Positions 53,571-64,000 are shown, numbered from the stretch's first letter. The stretch: DNA of 64,000 nucleotides from Alphaproteobacteria bacterium (GCA_965214705.1 CBDCCI010000002.1:1728001-1792000); one strand, 5' to 3'. Program-made: numbers and translations. Notes: generated by a model from the letters alone, not told the origin.

Positions 53571-54513
53571 GCCGACCTCCCGCCGCATAGCGGGCGAACC
53601 GTAGCGACGCCTCTTCCAGGAGCTCCGGCGTCATCGACAGATAGATCTTCGTGCCCTCCAGATCGGCGTGACCGAGATAGGTGGAGAGCACCGGCAGCAG
53701 CCGTTGCACATCAGCGCCTTGCCGATACCAGCTCGTCAGGCGGTGGACGGCGAAGCTGTGCCGCAGATCGTGCAGCCGCGGGATCGTCCGCCCCGCCGCG
53801 GGACGGTGGACCCCGGCGAGGCGCCTCAGCGTGTCGAACGCGGCCAGCACCGTGCTACTGGCGAGCCGCGTCCCGTCCCGGTTCGCCAGGAGCAACGCGT
53901 CCCGGCCTTCCACCAGTCCGGCGCGCTGGCGCAGGGTCACGTGGCTTCCCAGAAGCGCTGCAAGCTGAGGGCCGACCGGGACCAGCCGGCTCTTGTAGAA
54001 CTTGGTGGCCCGGATGGTCAGGACGGCGTTCGCCAGATCGACGTCGGCAAGGGAGAGGCGAGTCGCCTCCCCGAATCGTAGGCCCGCGCCGTACAAGAGC
54101 AGAAGCAGCGTCCGGAACGTCACCGCGTCCAGCTGGACTGCGCGGCGCCGGCTCGCTTCCACGGTCGCGGGGTCGAACAGGCGCGCAAGTTCGTCGCGCG
54201 AGTAGATGTAGGGCGGCGCTCGGACGGGCGATCTCGGTGCGTCGGCCGGCATCGGTGAGCGGGACGCATGGCCGCGGCTGATCGCATGGCGCCAGAAGCC
54301 GGCAAGCGCATAGTATCTGTTCTCGCAGTGGCGCCTCGACACGCCTTCGCCCGCGAGATACGCCCGTACCTGCCCGGCGTTGATCGCGTCGCAGGCGGCT
54401 TCGCCATCGGCATGGTGAAGGAAGCCGCGCAACAAGCTCGCGCCGCTCGTGAACTTCGCGCCGTGAGCCTGTCGCCAGAGCACGTAGCGTTCGATCGCTT
54501 CTCGCAGGTTCAT
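53563..54513 (-). CDS. RitB tyrosine recombinase
   Basis: GLRFGEA, TKFYKSRLVP, HDLRHSFAVHRL..WY, LSTYLGH, TKIYL. Confidence 0.92.
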   Translation of the reverse strand: MNLREAIERYVLWRQAHGAKFTSGASLLRGFLHHADGEAACDAINAGQVRAYLAGEGVSRRHCENRYYALAGFWRHAISRGHASRSPMPADAPRSPVRAPPYIYSRDELARLFDPATVEASRRRAVQLDAVTFRTLLLLLYGAGLRFGEATRLSLADVDLANAVLTIRATKFYKSRLVPVGPQLAALLGSHVTLRQRAGLVEGRDALLLANRDGTRLASSTVLAAFDTLRRLAGVHRPAAGRTIPRLHDLRHSFAVHRLTSWYRQGADVQRLLPVLSTYLGHADLEGTKIYLSMTPELLEEASLRFARYAAGGRHA

Positions 54514-55757
54514 ACCAGGCCCTCCATGTCGAGAGCCGCTACTTCGCGAAGCGCAGCGAGGTCGACCTTGGCGTAGATGGTGGTGGAGGTCGGATCTCGG
54601 TGCCCGAGGAAGTCGCCGATCACCTTCATCGACGTGCCCCGATCCAGCAGATGCTGGGCTGCGGCATGCCGCAGGGCGTGAGCCCCGCGTCGCCCGGTGA
54701 CGACGCCGATGCCAGCCAGCCGATCGCGGACGATCTTGCCCAAGGCCTTCCGGTCGAGCGGTCGGATCGGCGCGCGTGTTGTCAAGAAGAGACTGCGCCC
54801 GAAGCCGGACGGCCGCGCCTCCCTGATGTAGCACAGGATGGCGTGGCCCACGCCCTGCGACAGCGGCCACAGATGAGTGCGTCCCGGTTTCGGACAGCGG
54901 ACCCGGAGCATCGCGTTCTCCCAGTCCAGGTCATCGAGCTGCAGCCCGCCGACCTCTGCCGTCCGAAGCCCGTATGCGATGAACAGCATCAGGATCGCCC
55001 GATCGCGCTTGTCGATGGCCCGGTCGCCCGTAACCGACGCCAGCAAGCGCACGACATCCTCGCGCGGCAGCCCCTTGGGCACGGCCTCGTCGGCCATGAA
55101 GCGGGGCGCCACGATGCCCGCGGCAAGGCCCTCTCGGCACCAGCCGCGCATCTCGGCGAACAGGAAGAACGCTCTCAGCCGCTGCGCATAATCATGCCGC
55201 GTCCGGCGGCTCCAGGCACCCCGCTCATGCTCCGCCGCCATGGCATCGTCGATGTCGGTCATGCCGACCGCGCTCAACTGCACGCCCTTGGCAGCCAGGT
55301 GCAGGAAGAAGTGGTCGGCCGCTTTGCAATAGCTCTGCACGGTCGCATCGGAGAGCCCGTGTTCCTCGCGCGACCATCGTGCGAAGGCCTGGACCTCGGC
55401 GTGATGCGGATGGCGGTCGTCATCGACCTCGTCGAGCCAGCCCAGGAAAGCGAGCCAGCGAACACCGTGGCTGACGAAGCGGTCGCGCGTCTTCGGTGTT
55501 GCGGCTCGGTCGCACCGACGACCTCCGGGCCGCGCCCATATCGTCGCGGCTGCCTCGATCCGCGACCGGTCCACCGGTTCGCCATCTTCGAGGTTGAGAA
55601 GACGCACCAGACTCAGCTGATCGTTGGCGCACTTGCGCAAGGTCGACCGTCTCGCGCCGGTCGCCTTGAGATGAGCGAGGTATCGCTCCCGCTGCTCCAC
55701 CAGCGGCGCCTCTCGATACTTGTCGGCGGTGTAGGGGAAGAAGATGTCATCGAACAT
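54510..55757 (-). CDS. RitA tyrosine recombinase
   Basis: RDRAIL..YGLR, HALRH, FLGH, IYAKVDL; 4-bp overlap with ritB. Confidence 0.92.
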   Translation of the reverse strand: MFDDIFFPYTADKYREAPLVEQRERYLAHLKATGARRSTLRKCANDQLSLVRLLNLEDGEPVDRSRIEAAATIWARPGGRRCDRAATPKTRDRFVSHGVRWLAFLGWLDEVDDDRHPHHAEVQAFARWSREEHGLSDATVQSYCKAADHFFLHLAAKGVQLSAVGMTDIDDAMAAEHERGAWSRRTRHDYAQRLRAFFLFAEMRGWCREGLAAGIVAPRFMADEAVPKGLPREDVVRLLASVTGDRAIDKRDRAILMLFIAYGLRTAEVGGLQLDDLDWENAMLRVRCPKPGRTHLWPLSQGVGHAILCYIREARPSGFGRSLFLTTRAPIRPLDRKALGKIVRDRLAGIGVVTGRRGAHALRHAAAQHLLDRGTSMKVIGDFLGHRDPTSTTIYAKVDLAALREVAALDMEGLV

Positions 55758-55813
55758 GTTGGCCTCCTTGTGGTTGGAGGCGCGAGTTTCCCGACGATGC
55801 AGGGTGATGGAAG

Positions 55814-56842
55814 CTATGTTGATCCCACGAGGGGCCTATCGGTCAGCGCGAGTTGGGTATGCAGGCGGCCACTCAGCACCTCGACGCCGAGCCGGCGCAG
55901 GTCGCCGTTGAAGTCGTCCAGCGCGGGCACGAGCGTCAGCGCCTCGACGCCAGCGCCCCGCGCGCGATCGGCCAGGGTTCCCGCCGCACGCCGTCCTGCG
56001 GGATCGTTGTCTCGCGCGATGTAGAGCCGTCGCAGACCGGCAGCCAGTTCGAGGGCGGCGAGGTGGTTCGCCGAGAGCGCCGCCGCCATGGGCATGGCGG
56101 GCAGCGCGCATCGCAGCGACAGCATCGTCTCGATGCCTTCGCCGGCGGCGAGGACGTTGCCGGCCGCACCGAACCGGACGGCATGGCCGAGAAGGTCGCC
56201 CATCGCGCGTCGCGGCGTATCGATCGGCGCCTTGCCCAACCCGTCCGGGGCGATCCAGGTGCGATGCACGCCGGTGATCGCGCCCGAGAGGTCGGTGACG
56301 GCGGCGATCATCGCCGGCCAGGTCTCGGTCGGCGCATGCCCATCCGGGCGATACCAGCAGCGCGGATGGAAGCGGAGCGCTTCGCAGCTCGTCAGATGTA
56401 CGATCCCGCGGTTGCGCAGGTACGCCTCGGCCAGCGTGCCGGCGATCGGTCTGGCGATCGCCCAGAGCCTGCGCGCAGCTTCGGCCGAGCCCCTCGGGGC
56501 GGGCGCTCTTGACGCGACCGGCGGTTCGGTCCGGGGCAGCGACAGGAAGCGCCGCGCCTCCTCGGCGACCTCGCGGAACTCCGTGAGCCCGCAGCTCTCG
56601 CGGATCACGTCGAGCAGGTCGCCGTGCTCGGCCGAGGCCGCATCGCTCCAGCGCCCGGCGGCCCCAGGGCCGGCCTCCGGCCCGCTCAGCCGCACGTACA
56701 TCGACCGGCCGGGCGTGTTGCGCACGTCGCCCACCATCCAGTAGCGGCCCTGACGCCGACCCTTCGACAGATAGTGGCGGCAGACCGCCTCGGCGTCGCG
56801 CGCGAGGCGCCGTGCCAGCTCGGAAGCGTCGCGCGGCATCAC
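55814..56842 (-). CDS. Toprim-domain primase-like protein, variant 2
   Basis: Identical to variant 1 (one A/T change) up to DNDPAG, then a different but homologous C-terminus. Confidence 0.85.
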   Translation of the reverse strand: MMPRDASELARRLARDAEAVCRHYLSKGRRQGRYWMVGDVRNTPGRSMYVRLSGPEAGPGAAGRWSDAASAEHGDLLDVIRESCGLTEFREVAEEARRFLSLPRTEPPVASRAPAPRGSAEAARRLWAIARPIAGTLAEAYLRNRGIVHLTSCEALRFHPRCWYRPDGHAPTETWPAMIAAVTDLSGAITGVHRTWIAPDGLGKAPIDTPRRAMGDLLGHAVRFGAAGNVLAAGEGIETMLSLRCALPAMPMAAALSANHLAALELAAGLRRLYIARDNDPAGRRAAGTLADRARGAGVEALTLVPALDDFNGDLRRLGVEVLSGRLHTQLALTDRPLVGST

Positions 56843-56949
56843 GCGACCCTCCCCGCGGGACTGAGGTTATGTTGCCGAGAAACCGCAAAGCGCGTGCAGC
56901 TGCGCCGCCCAGCGCCGGGCCGCAACATAACCACCGGCGCAACATAATC
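55995..56949 (-). repeat. Right 955-bp terminal inverted repeat of the RIT element
   Basis: Reverse complement of 21817-22771. Confidence 0.92.
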
Positions 56950-56955
56950 CGTCCT

Positions 56956-59619
56956 GAACGAAGCCGCTACGCGGAGTTAGCGGCGTAGAGTTCATTCATT
57001 TCCGAGGCGTCGCGGGTGCCGTTTGTTCTGTGCGTTCGCTTCCCGGTTGCGTCAGTGGCGCTCCGCCCGTCGGGTGGCGGATCCCCAGCAGCCTCCCGAT
57101 CACCAGTGGTTAGCATCGACCCCTGCGACGGACCGTCGCCGGATCGGTCCGGCGGCGCGCCGTCGCGATCCAGGGAGATCGATAATGACCGGGACCGCGT
57201 GCGACACGAACACCGTCACCCCTCTTCGCCAGCGCATGGAGGAGCAGCTCCGCATCGCCAATCTGGCCGCGAGCACGTCCAAGGCCTACATCTGCGAGAT
57301 CAAGAACCTGGCCAGGTACTACGACGCCTCGCCGGACGAGCTCGACGCCGAGCAGGTGCGCCAGTGGTACCTGGGGCGGATCGACAAGGGGCTCAGTCCG
57401 GGCACGACCAACGTCTCCTTCGCCGCGCTGAACTTCCTCTACATCGACACACTCGGCTGGCCTGACCATGTCGCCGGCCTGCGCTCCCGCAAGAAGCCCG
57501 GCAAGCTGCCGCGCTACATGTCGGAGCAGGAGGTCGAGCACCTCATCCTTGCGACACCCGACCTCCGCCACCGTGCTGCCATTGTCACCGGCTATGGCGG
57601 CGGGCTCCGCATCTCCGAGACCTTGGCCATCAAGGTCGGCGACATCCTGTCGGAGAAGAAGCTGCTGCACATCCCCTCCGGCAAAGGCGGCACCGAGAGA
57701 ATGGCACCGTTGCCGGACATCGTCATCCACTACTTGCGCGTCTACTACAGGAACATCTGGCCGCGTCCGACGAGCTGGCTCTTCTACGGCGTCTCGCTCG
57801 ACAGGCCCATCGCAACGGAGACCTTGCAGGCCGCCTTCAGGAGGGCGCGCGACATTGCCGAGCTCGACCGCAGCTACACCTTCCATTGCCTGCGCCATTC
57901 GGCGGCGACCCATCTCCTCGAGCGCGGCGGCGATATCGAGGTGATCCGGGACATGCTCGGCCATCGAAGCGCGAACACGACCCGTCACTACGCCCGCGTC
58001 ACCGGCAAGATGTTCGAGGGCCTCGACCACCCGATCTCAGGCTTCGCAGCGTTGCGCAACTGACGGCGCGTGGAGGCCGAACGCGCGGGCGTGGCGGAGA
58101 TCTTCCGCCGCGCCGGCGCCGCTTTCCGTGAGCGCCACAAAGGGCGCATCGACGCCGCCCGGCTCAAGGTCATGGGCGCCATCGAGGCGTGCCGCACCGC
58201 CGTGCTCGGCGGCCACATGTACGCCTGCGAGGGCTGCGGGCGCGAGCATCCGCTCTTCAACTCCTGCCGCAACCGCCACTGCCCCACCTGCCAGGGTCTC
58301 GCCGCCAACCTCTGGAGCGAGGAGCGCGCCGGGGACATCCTGCCGGTGCCCTACTTCCATGTGGTCTTCACCCTGCCCAAGGAGGTTGCCGCCATTGCCT
58401 TCTGCAACCGCAGGGTGGTGTTCGACATCCTCTTCCGGGCCGTCGCCGAGACCCTGCGCACCATCGCCGCCGATCCCCGCCACGGCGGCATGCGCATCGG
58501 CGGCACCGCGGTCCTCCATACCTGGGATCAGAAGCTCCGCTTCCACCCGCACCTGCACGTGGTCGTGCCCAACGCGGGCTTCGACGTAGACAGTGGCGAG
58601 TGGAAGACGGGGAGCACCACCTTCCTCGCCCCCGTCAAGGTCCTCGGCAGCCTGTTCCGCCGCCTCTTCCTCGAGGAGCTCGCCCGCGCCCACGGCCGGG
58701 GGGACCTGGAGTTCCACGGCACCCTCGCCCACCTCGCCAATCCCGGCGAGTTCCACGCCACGCTTGCCGCCGCCCGGGCCAGGGACTGGGTGGTCTACGC
58801 CAAGCGGCCCTTCCGCGGGCCTGAGCAGGTCTTCCGGTACCTCTCGCACTACACGCACAGGATCGCCATCTCCGACAGCCGCATCGTCTCCTTCGACGGC
58901 GAGACGGTCTCCTTCCGCCACCGAAAGCCCAAGGCGCCGGGGCAGAGAAAGCCGCGCTACGGCATCGCCACCGTGAGCGCCGACGAGTTCATCCGCCGCT
59001 TCCTGAGGCACGTCCTGCCGGACGGCATGCACCGCATTCGCTACTTCGGCATCCTCGCCAACGGCTGCCGCGCCAGCACGCTGGAGAGAGCACGCCAGGC
59101 TCTCGGCGCCCTCGGCTGCGCCGCCCCCGAGGGAAGCGTGGACGGCGCTCGGGCCGAGCCCGACGAAGAGCCCGAGATCGGCACCGCGCCCGTGGCCTGC
59201 CCCCACTGCGGCGGCGTCATGCGCCTCGTCCGCGAAATCCGCCGCCGCCATGAGCCCCGCTCGACGCGCGGCCCGCCGGCGCTGCCGCCGACCCACAGGG
59301 GGAAACCGTGAGACGCCCGCTCGCTTCGGCCCCGCGCAACGGCGCCAAAGCGCCGACGCACGACCGAACCTGTCTCCGCTTGAGCCGGGCTGACAGCCCT
59401 CGGCTCACACCCCGCTCAGTCCTCGCAGCGTGCGCCCGCATGCCTGCCGAAAGACCGGCGCGAGCGTCGATTTTATGCGCAACTCTGCTGCCGGTGGATG
59501 CCGCCTGACGCTGACATCAGCGCACTTTCCACATAGCTCAACTTCGCCTCTCGTGGCCCGCGGCTTCGTTCAAAAGGGTTGGGCAGGCTCTCTCTCGAGA
59601 GCCTGCCCAACCCTTAACC
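56956..59619 (+). mobile_element. YR-HUH element copy E (recombinase 57185..58063, transposase 58070..59311); hairpin loop inverted
   Basis: 2664 bp, near-identical to copy B; hairpin 59574-59615 has loop tctc. Confidence 0.92.
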
Positions 59620-59839
59620 TTGAACTGAGCCGCGTTCCGCGGCGGGGCGCCTCGGCCGCCGGGTGCCCAGAGTGATCTCCTTGCCGCGCGTAAGTTGAGT
59701 GTGGCCGTTCGCTCCAGCGTCTGGGCGCAGGGTCGAATCCTGTTTCTCCCTCGTTGATCGATGGTCGTCGACCGCCAAGCCGGCGAGCAAGAGCATGGGC
59801 GTGTCTTCGTGACAGACCAAACCCAGAGGGAGACGCCCC

Positions 59840-60694
59840 ATGACGGCACTTCGCCAGCGCATGATCAACGACATGACGGTTCGCGGCTTCGCCGAGAACA
59901 CCAGGAAGTCCTACCTCAACTCGGTCTCCGGGCTCGCGGTTCACTACGGTCGCAGCCCCGAGCACATCTCAGCGGAGGAAGTCCAGGAGTACCTCATCTT
60001 TCTTCACGAAGAGCGGGGGCTGGCTTGGCAGAGCTGCAACAGCGCTCGCCAAGGGATCCGCTTCCTCTATCGCATCACGCTGGGCTTGCCCGAGCCGCAC
60101 TTCTATCTGCCCTTCGCCAAGACGCCTTCCACCCTGCCCGTACTGCTCAACCAAGACGAACTGGTGCGGCTGTTCAGCGTCACCATCAACCGCAAGCACC
60201 GCGCCTTGCTGATGACGGCCTATGCAGCGGGGCTTCGGGCGAGCGAGCTCGGCCGGTTGCAGATCAGCGATATCGACTCACAGCGGATGTGCCTGCGCGT
60301 CGATCAGGGCAAGGGCAACAAGGACCGCTACGTCCCGCTCTCGCCCCGGCTGCTCGACGAGCTGCGCGAGTACTGGCAGCGGGTACGGCCCGAGCACTGG
60401 CTGTTCCCCGGTCGGATTCCCGGCCGGCCGATGACGCGCCATGGGCCAGCACACGTTTACGATCGAGCCAAGGACAAAGCCGGGATCGCCAAGCCCGGCG
60501 GGATCCACACGCTGCGCCATTGCTACGCCACCGGGCTCCTCGAGGCCGGCGTCGAGCTGCATGTCATCCAACGCCGCCTCGGGCACACCTCAATCCGCTC
60601 GACCATGCGCTACCTTCACCTTGCTCACGACAAGACGTCCGCCACGCCGTCGCCCCTGGACCTGCTGGAGTTTCCGCGTCCTGCCCAGGCCTGA
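59840..60694 (+). CDS. Tyrosine recombinase of element F
   Basis: MTALRQRM, GLRASE, QGKGNKDR, HTLRH, LGH, TMRY. Confidence 0.93.
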   Translation: MTALRQRMINDMTVRGFAENTRKSYLNSVSGLAVHYGRSPEHISAEEVQEYLIFLHEERGLAWQSCNSARQGIRFLYRITLGLPEPHFYLPFAKTPSTLPVLLNQDELVRLFSVTINRKHRALLMTAYAAGLRASELGRLQISDIDSQRMCLRVDQGKGNKDRYVPLSPRLLDELREYWQRVRPEHWLFPGRIPGRPMTRHGPAHVYDRAKDKAGIAKPGGIHTLRHCYATGLLEAGVELHVIQRRLGHTSIRSTMRYLHLAHDKTSATPSPLDLLEFPRPAQA

Positions 60695-60697
60695 CCG

Positions 60698-62589
60698 GTG
60701 GCTCATGTCGGCCACGCGGCGCCAGCCACACGGCCGGCGCTGGAGGTCGCGGACATCCTGCGCGAGCGCGGCGACGCCTATGGCGAGACACATCTGCTCT
60801 CGGCCCAGCAGCAGAGGGTCGTCGACGCGCTGGTGAACTGCCGCACCGCTGTGCTCGGCGGGTTCAAGGCAGAATGCGATCACTGCGGGGCGGTGACGAT
60901 CCAGTACGCCTCGTGCCGGAACCGTCATTGCCCCAAGTGCCAGACCCTCTCGCAGACCAGGTGGGTTGAGCGTCAGTGCGCCGATCTGCTCGACATCGAC
61001 TACTGGCATGTCGTGTTCACCCTGCCCCACGAGCTCAACCCCGTGGCCCAGGGCAATGCCGCGCTCATCTACAGGCTGCTCTTCAAGGCCGCCTCCCAGA
61101 CCCTGCTCGAGTTCGGCCGCAATCCCCGCTGGCTCGGCGGCGAGCTCGGCATCACCATGGTGCTGCACACTTGGGGGCAGAATCTGGGAGCGCCAGGCTA
61201 ACTCTGTCGTGGATAGCCGGTGAAAGTCCGGTGAAGGGAAGGACTAACGAACCACCCTTGCCTTGAGCCGTGCGTCGGCCTTCGCGAGGAGGCAGGCGAA
61301 GCGTCGGTAGAGGTGCGCGTGGGCAGGACATTGAGCACCGAAAATGCCGTCATTCGGAGTGCCGAGGCCATCCAGAAGGTCGAAGGCAACACCGGCCGCC
61401 CGCTTTCGTGAGGGCCGGCAGGGCTCCGCGGTGTCCAAGACCCCAGGCACGCGCGTACGTCCACACAGGGGACCTGGGAGGCCTCTTCATCACCCGTGCC
61501 TCAGAGTGCGGGTCGTGACGGGAAGGGTGGATGCCCATAGCCGTCGATGTACGATGGGGAGGAATCTGACTCGGTCGTAGTACCGTTGAAACGGGGGAAC
61601 AAAGGGGCGTGACAACCTTGGCGGACTTCGTGGAGGAAAGGACCGGGGCCAACGGGAGATCGGGGACCTGAAGCATGTGCCGGGCACAGAACCGGGTAAG
61701 CATGTCACAGGAGGGTCTCCGAACACGCCGCCGTGCGAGACGTCGCAAGAGCGACGAGAGTGCGCCGGACGTCTGACCGGAGGCAGGAGCCGGATGCCTT
61801 AGCGGGCACGTCCGGATCTGCGCGGGGGGCGCTGGGTAACCAGCGTCCCTACCGCGAAGACAGCACATCCATGTCCACTGTATCGTCACCGACGGCGGTC
61901 TGAGCCCGGACAGAGAGCGCTGGCTCACTCCCGCGCGCAAGGGCTTCCTGTTCCCCACGGTCGCGCTCTCGAAGGTCTTCCGCGGCAAGTATCTCGACTT
62001 CCTCGGCGCCGCGCACCGCGACGGCGAACTCCGGCTCAAGGTCGTCGGCGGTGGTGACGACAGCCGCGAGTTCGAGTGTCTGAAGACCGCGCTGCGGTCG
62101 AACGACTGGGTGGTCTACACCAAGGCCCCGTTCGCCGGCGCCGGGCACGTTCTGGCCTATCTCGGGCGCTACACCCACAAGGCTGCCATCGCCAATCATC
62201 GCCTCGTCGACTTCGACGGCGAGCACGTTCGCTTCCGTTGGCGCGACTACGCTGACGGCAACAAGGTCAAGGTGATGCGTCTCGACGTCGACGAGTTCAT
62301 CCGCCGCTTCCTCCTGCACGTCCTCCCGCGCGGCTTCACCCGCCTGCGCCACTACGGCTTGCTCGCCAATCGCTGCCGGGCTCGCAAGCTCGCCCGCTGC
62401 CGAGACCTGCTCGGCCAGCCTGCCCCTGAACCGCGGGAGCCGGAAACGACGCAGCAGATGATGCTGCGACTGACGGGGATCGACATCACCGTGTGCCGCC
62501 AGTGCGGCGAGGCAACGCTGCGGCAAACCGTCATTCTTGAGCCGCAGCCCCAAGCAGCCATGCGGGCGACGAATACCCGACCGCCGTGA
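60698..62589 (+). CDS. IS91-family transposase split by a group II intron (60698-61187 + 61859-62589; 406 aa if spliced)
   Basis: Join gives HTWGQNLGQHIHVH; SCRNRHCPKC, YLGRY, RFLLHVLP. Confidence 0.88.
61188..61858 (+). ncRNA. ORF-less group II intron (671 nt)
   Basis: Domain V gagccggatgccttagcgggcacgtccggatc; domain VI ggggcgctgggtaaccagcgtccctaccgcgaa; domain I motifs; exact removal restores the reading frame. Confidence 0.9.
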
Positions 62590-63058
62590 CGATGCGTCAG
62601 AACCGACAAGGTCCGACAACAGTCCCCCCGGCCGCCGCGCCGCGACCGCTCCTGCGCCCGCTTCGTGCTGCCCGGCGGCGAAACATCGTCGCGAGCCCCT
62701 GCACAGCCGCGTCGCAACCTGATAAGTGGAGATTCAGAGTGCCGGCGCCGCCAGCGACACCAACAGGTTGCACCGCTTCGGCCTAATCGGCTCCCACCCA
62801 GCGGTTACTTTCCCCATAGCCCGGCACTACGGCCGTGCAGCGCGGCTCAGCTCAATGCCTGTATCGGTCCTGCTGCGCACGACCGATACAGGCCAATTCA
62901 TTATGTGCAGTTGAACATAAGACGGAGGCCGCTCCTGGGCTCGGTCGGGCTGATCCTGCGCGACAGGTAGCGGCGCAGGAACTCCTTCTCCCAGGCGCGG
63001 GTGCGCTTGAGCGCCCGAGTCAGCTCCGGCTCTTCCATCGTCATCATCACGATGTAGG

Positions 63059-64000
63059 GTAAGCGGTATCGAGGCCCCATACTTCCAACGCATCTGATTT
63101 CGCGGCTGACTCTTGGCCTTGGCAAGGAGCCTTGGAGGAGGCATCGCGATGAAGGATTTGGATTTTCTGCGTGGCCACGAGTTCGGCGGTCACTCGGTCG
63201 AGGCGCGAGCGCCTGAAGAGGCCGCCCCATCTGCCGCAGCCCCATCTACGGCAACTGTTCCGGCTGATCACACTCGGCGGTCATGGTCCGCCGAGGAGAA
63301 GGCACGGATCGTCGCGGAGAGCGACAGGCCGGGAGTTGTGCAGAAGGAGGTCGCGGCTCGCCACGGCATCAGCGCACAAACTCTTCGTCAGTGGCGCAGT
63401 CGGTCAGCGGCTTCCGGGAAGCGGCGTGGCCGGCCTTGGCCGGCTGATGTGAAGGCGCGGATTGTTGCGGAGAGCGAGCGCCCGGATGCATCGATATCGG
63501 CAGTTGCCCGCCGTCACGGCATCAGCGAGAAGACGCTGCGCACCTGGCGTCGCCAGGCGGCGAGTGACGCTGGTGGCGATCGGCAGGGAGCCGGGTCTTC
63601 GCCCCCCTATATTCCGGTTGTAGTTGACGGGTCTGCGTCCGAGCGGACGGTCGCGATTGAGGCGCTGGGCGTCGTCGTTCGCCTTCCGGTGGAGAGCGCG
63701 GTCGATCGGATCGTGGCTGTGGCCTCGGGCCTGGGTCGTGCGTCGTCATGATCGCGGTGCCCTCGCTTCGCATCGTGTTGGCGACGCGTCCGGTTGATTT
63801 TCGTCGCGGCCACGACGCGCTTGCGGCGACGGCGGCGAGGGAGCTGGACCTCGATATCTATTCCGGGGTGATCGTGATCTTCCGCTCGCGCCGCGGGGAC
63901 AGGCTCAAGCTTCTCACCTGGGACGGGACCGGTCTGGTGATGACCTACAAGCGTCTGGAGCAAGGCCGCTTCGCCTGGCCCCGGATCGAGGACGGTGTGA
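63059..64000 (+). mobile_element. IS66-family element, partial (tnpA 63149..63751, tnpB 63748..>64000)
   Basis: IR gtaagcggtatcg; close paralog of the element at 44556-47307. Confidence 0.92.

Larger units (their letters stand above)
21817..56949 (-). mobile_element. RIT (recombinase-in-trio) element with long TIRs, carrying a nested 29.6-kb insertion
   Basis: ritA-ritB-ritC on the - strand between 955-bp IRs; ritC halves at 53570-52853 and 23272-22995. Confidence 0.8.
59622..62910 (+). mobile_element. Second YR-HUH (IS91-like) family member, F (right boundary approximate)
   Basis: Starts gaactgagccgcg; subterminal cgcggctcagctc, hairpin 62857-62893, then ttgaac at 62911. Confidence 0.8.

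Noticed and set aside
62898-62920. dif-like or RIT-end site ttatgtgcagttgaacataa
   Set aside because: Spacing does not fit dif, and the palindrome probably spans the element F / target junction by chance
62911-63058. Minus-strand coding fragment YIVMMTMEEPEL...RLMFN
   Set aside because: Looks like a host-gene remnant between two elements but is too short to identify

Overview
GC-rich (alphaproteobacterial-looking) window made up almost entirely of nested mobile DNA: more than 20 IS elements, recombinase elements, group II introns and remnants. Intact or near-intact non-mobile genes are few: an AbiGi/DUF4427-like protein, a Sel1-repeat protein, a GlnA-like/amidohydrolase/N-formylglutamate hydrolase operon, IHF-alpha, a type IIG-like RM enzyme and a Slam plus TbpB-like lipoprotein pair. 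Reading the junctions gives a four-level nesting. (i) A RIT recombinase trio is bounded by 955-bp terminal inverted repeats that each carry a Toprim/primase-like gene (21817-56949). (ii) Its ritC is split in frame by a 29.6-kb element (23275-52852) with two tandem arm-type tyrosine integrases; a sibling element lies at about 4536-13985 and shares end motifs, an RHH gene and TbpB-like cargo. (iii) A 2664-bp tyrosine-recombinase + IS91-type HUH transposase element occurs five times (one copy truncated) and ends in a perfect hairpin whose loop is found in both orientations; a second family member has its transposase split by an ORF-less group II intron. (iv) Two IS1634 copies sit in the terminal bases of other ISs. 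Family assignments come from motif recognition by eye, not database searches.
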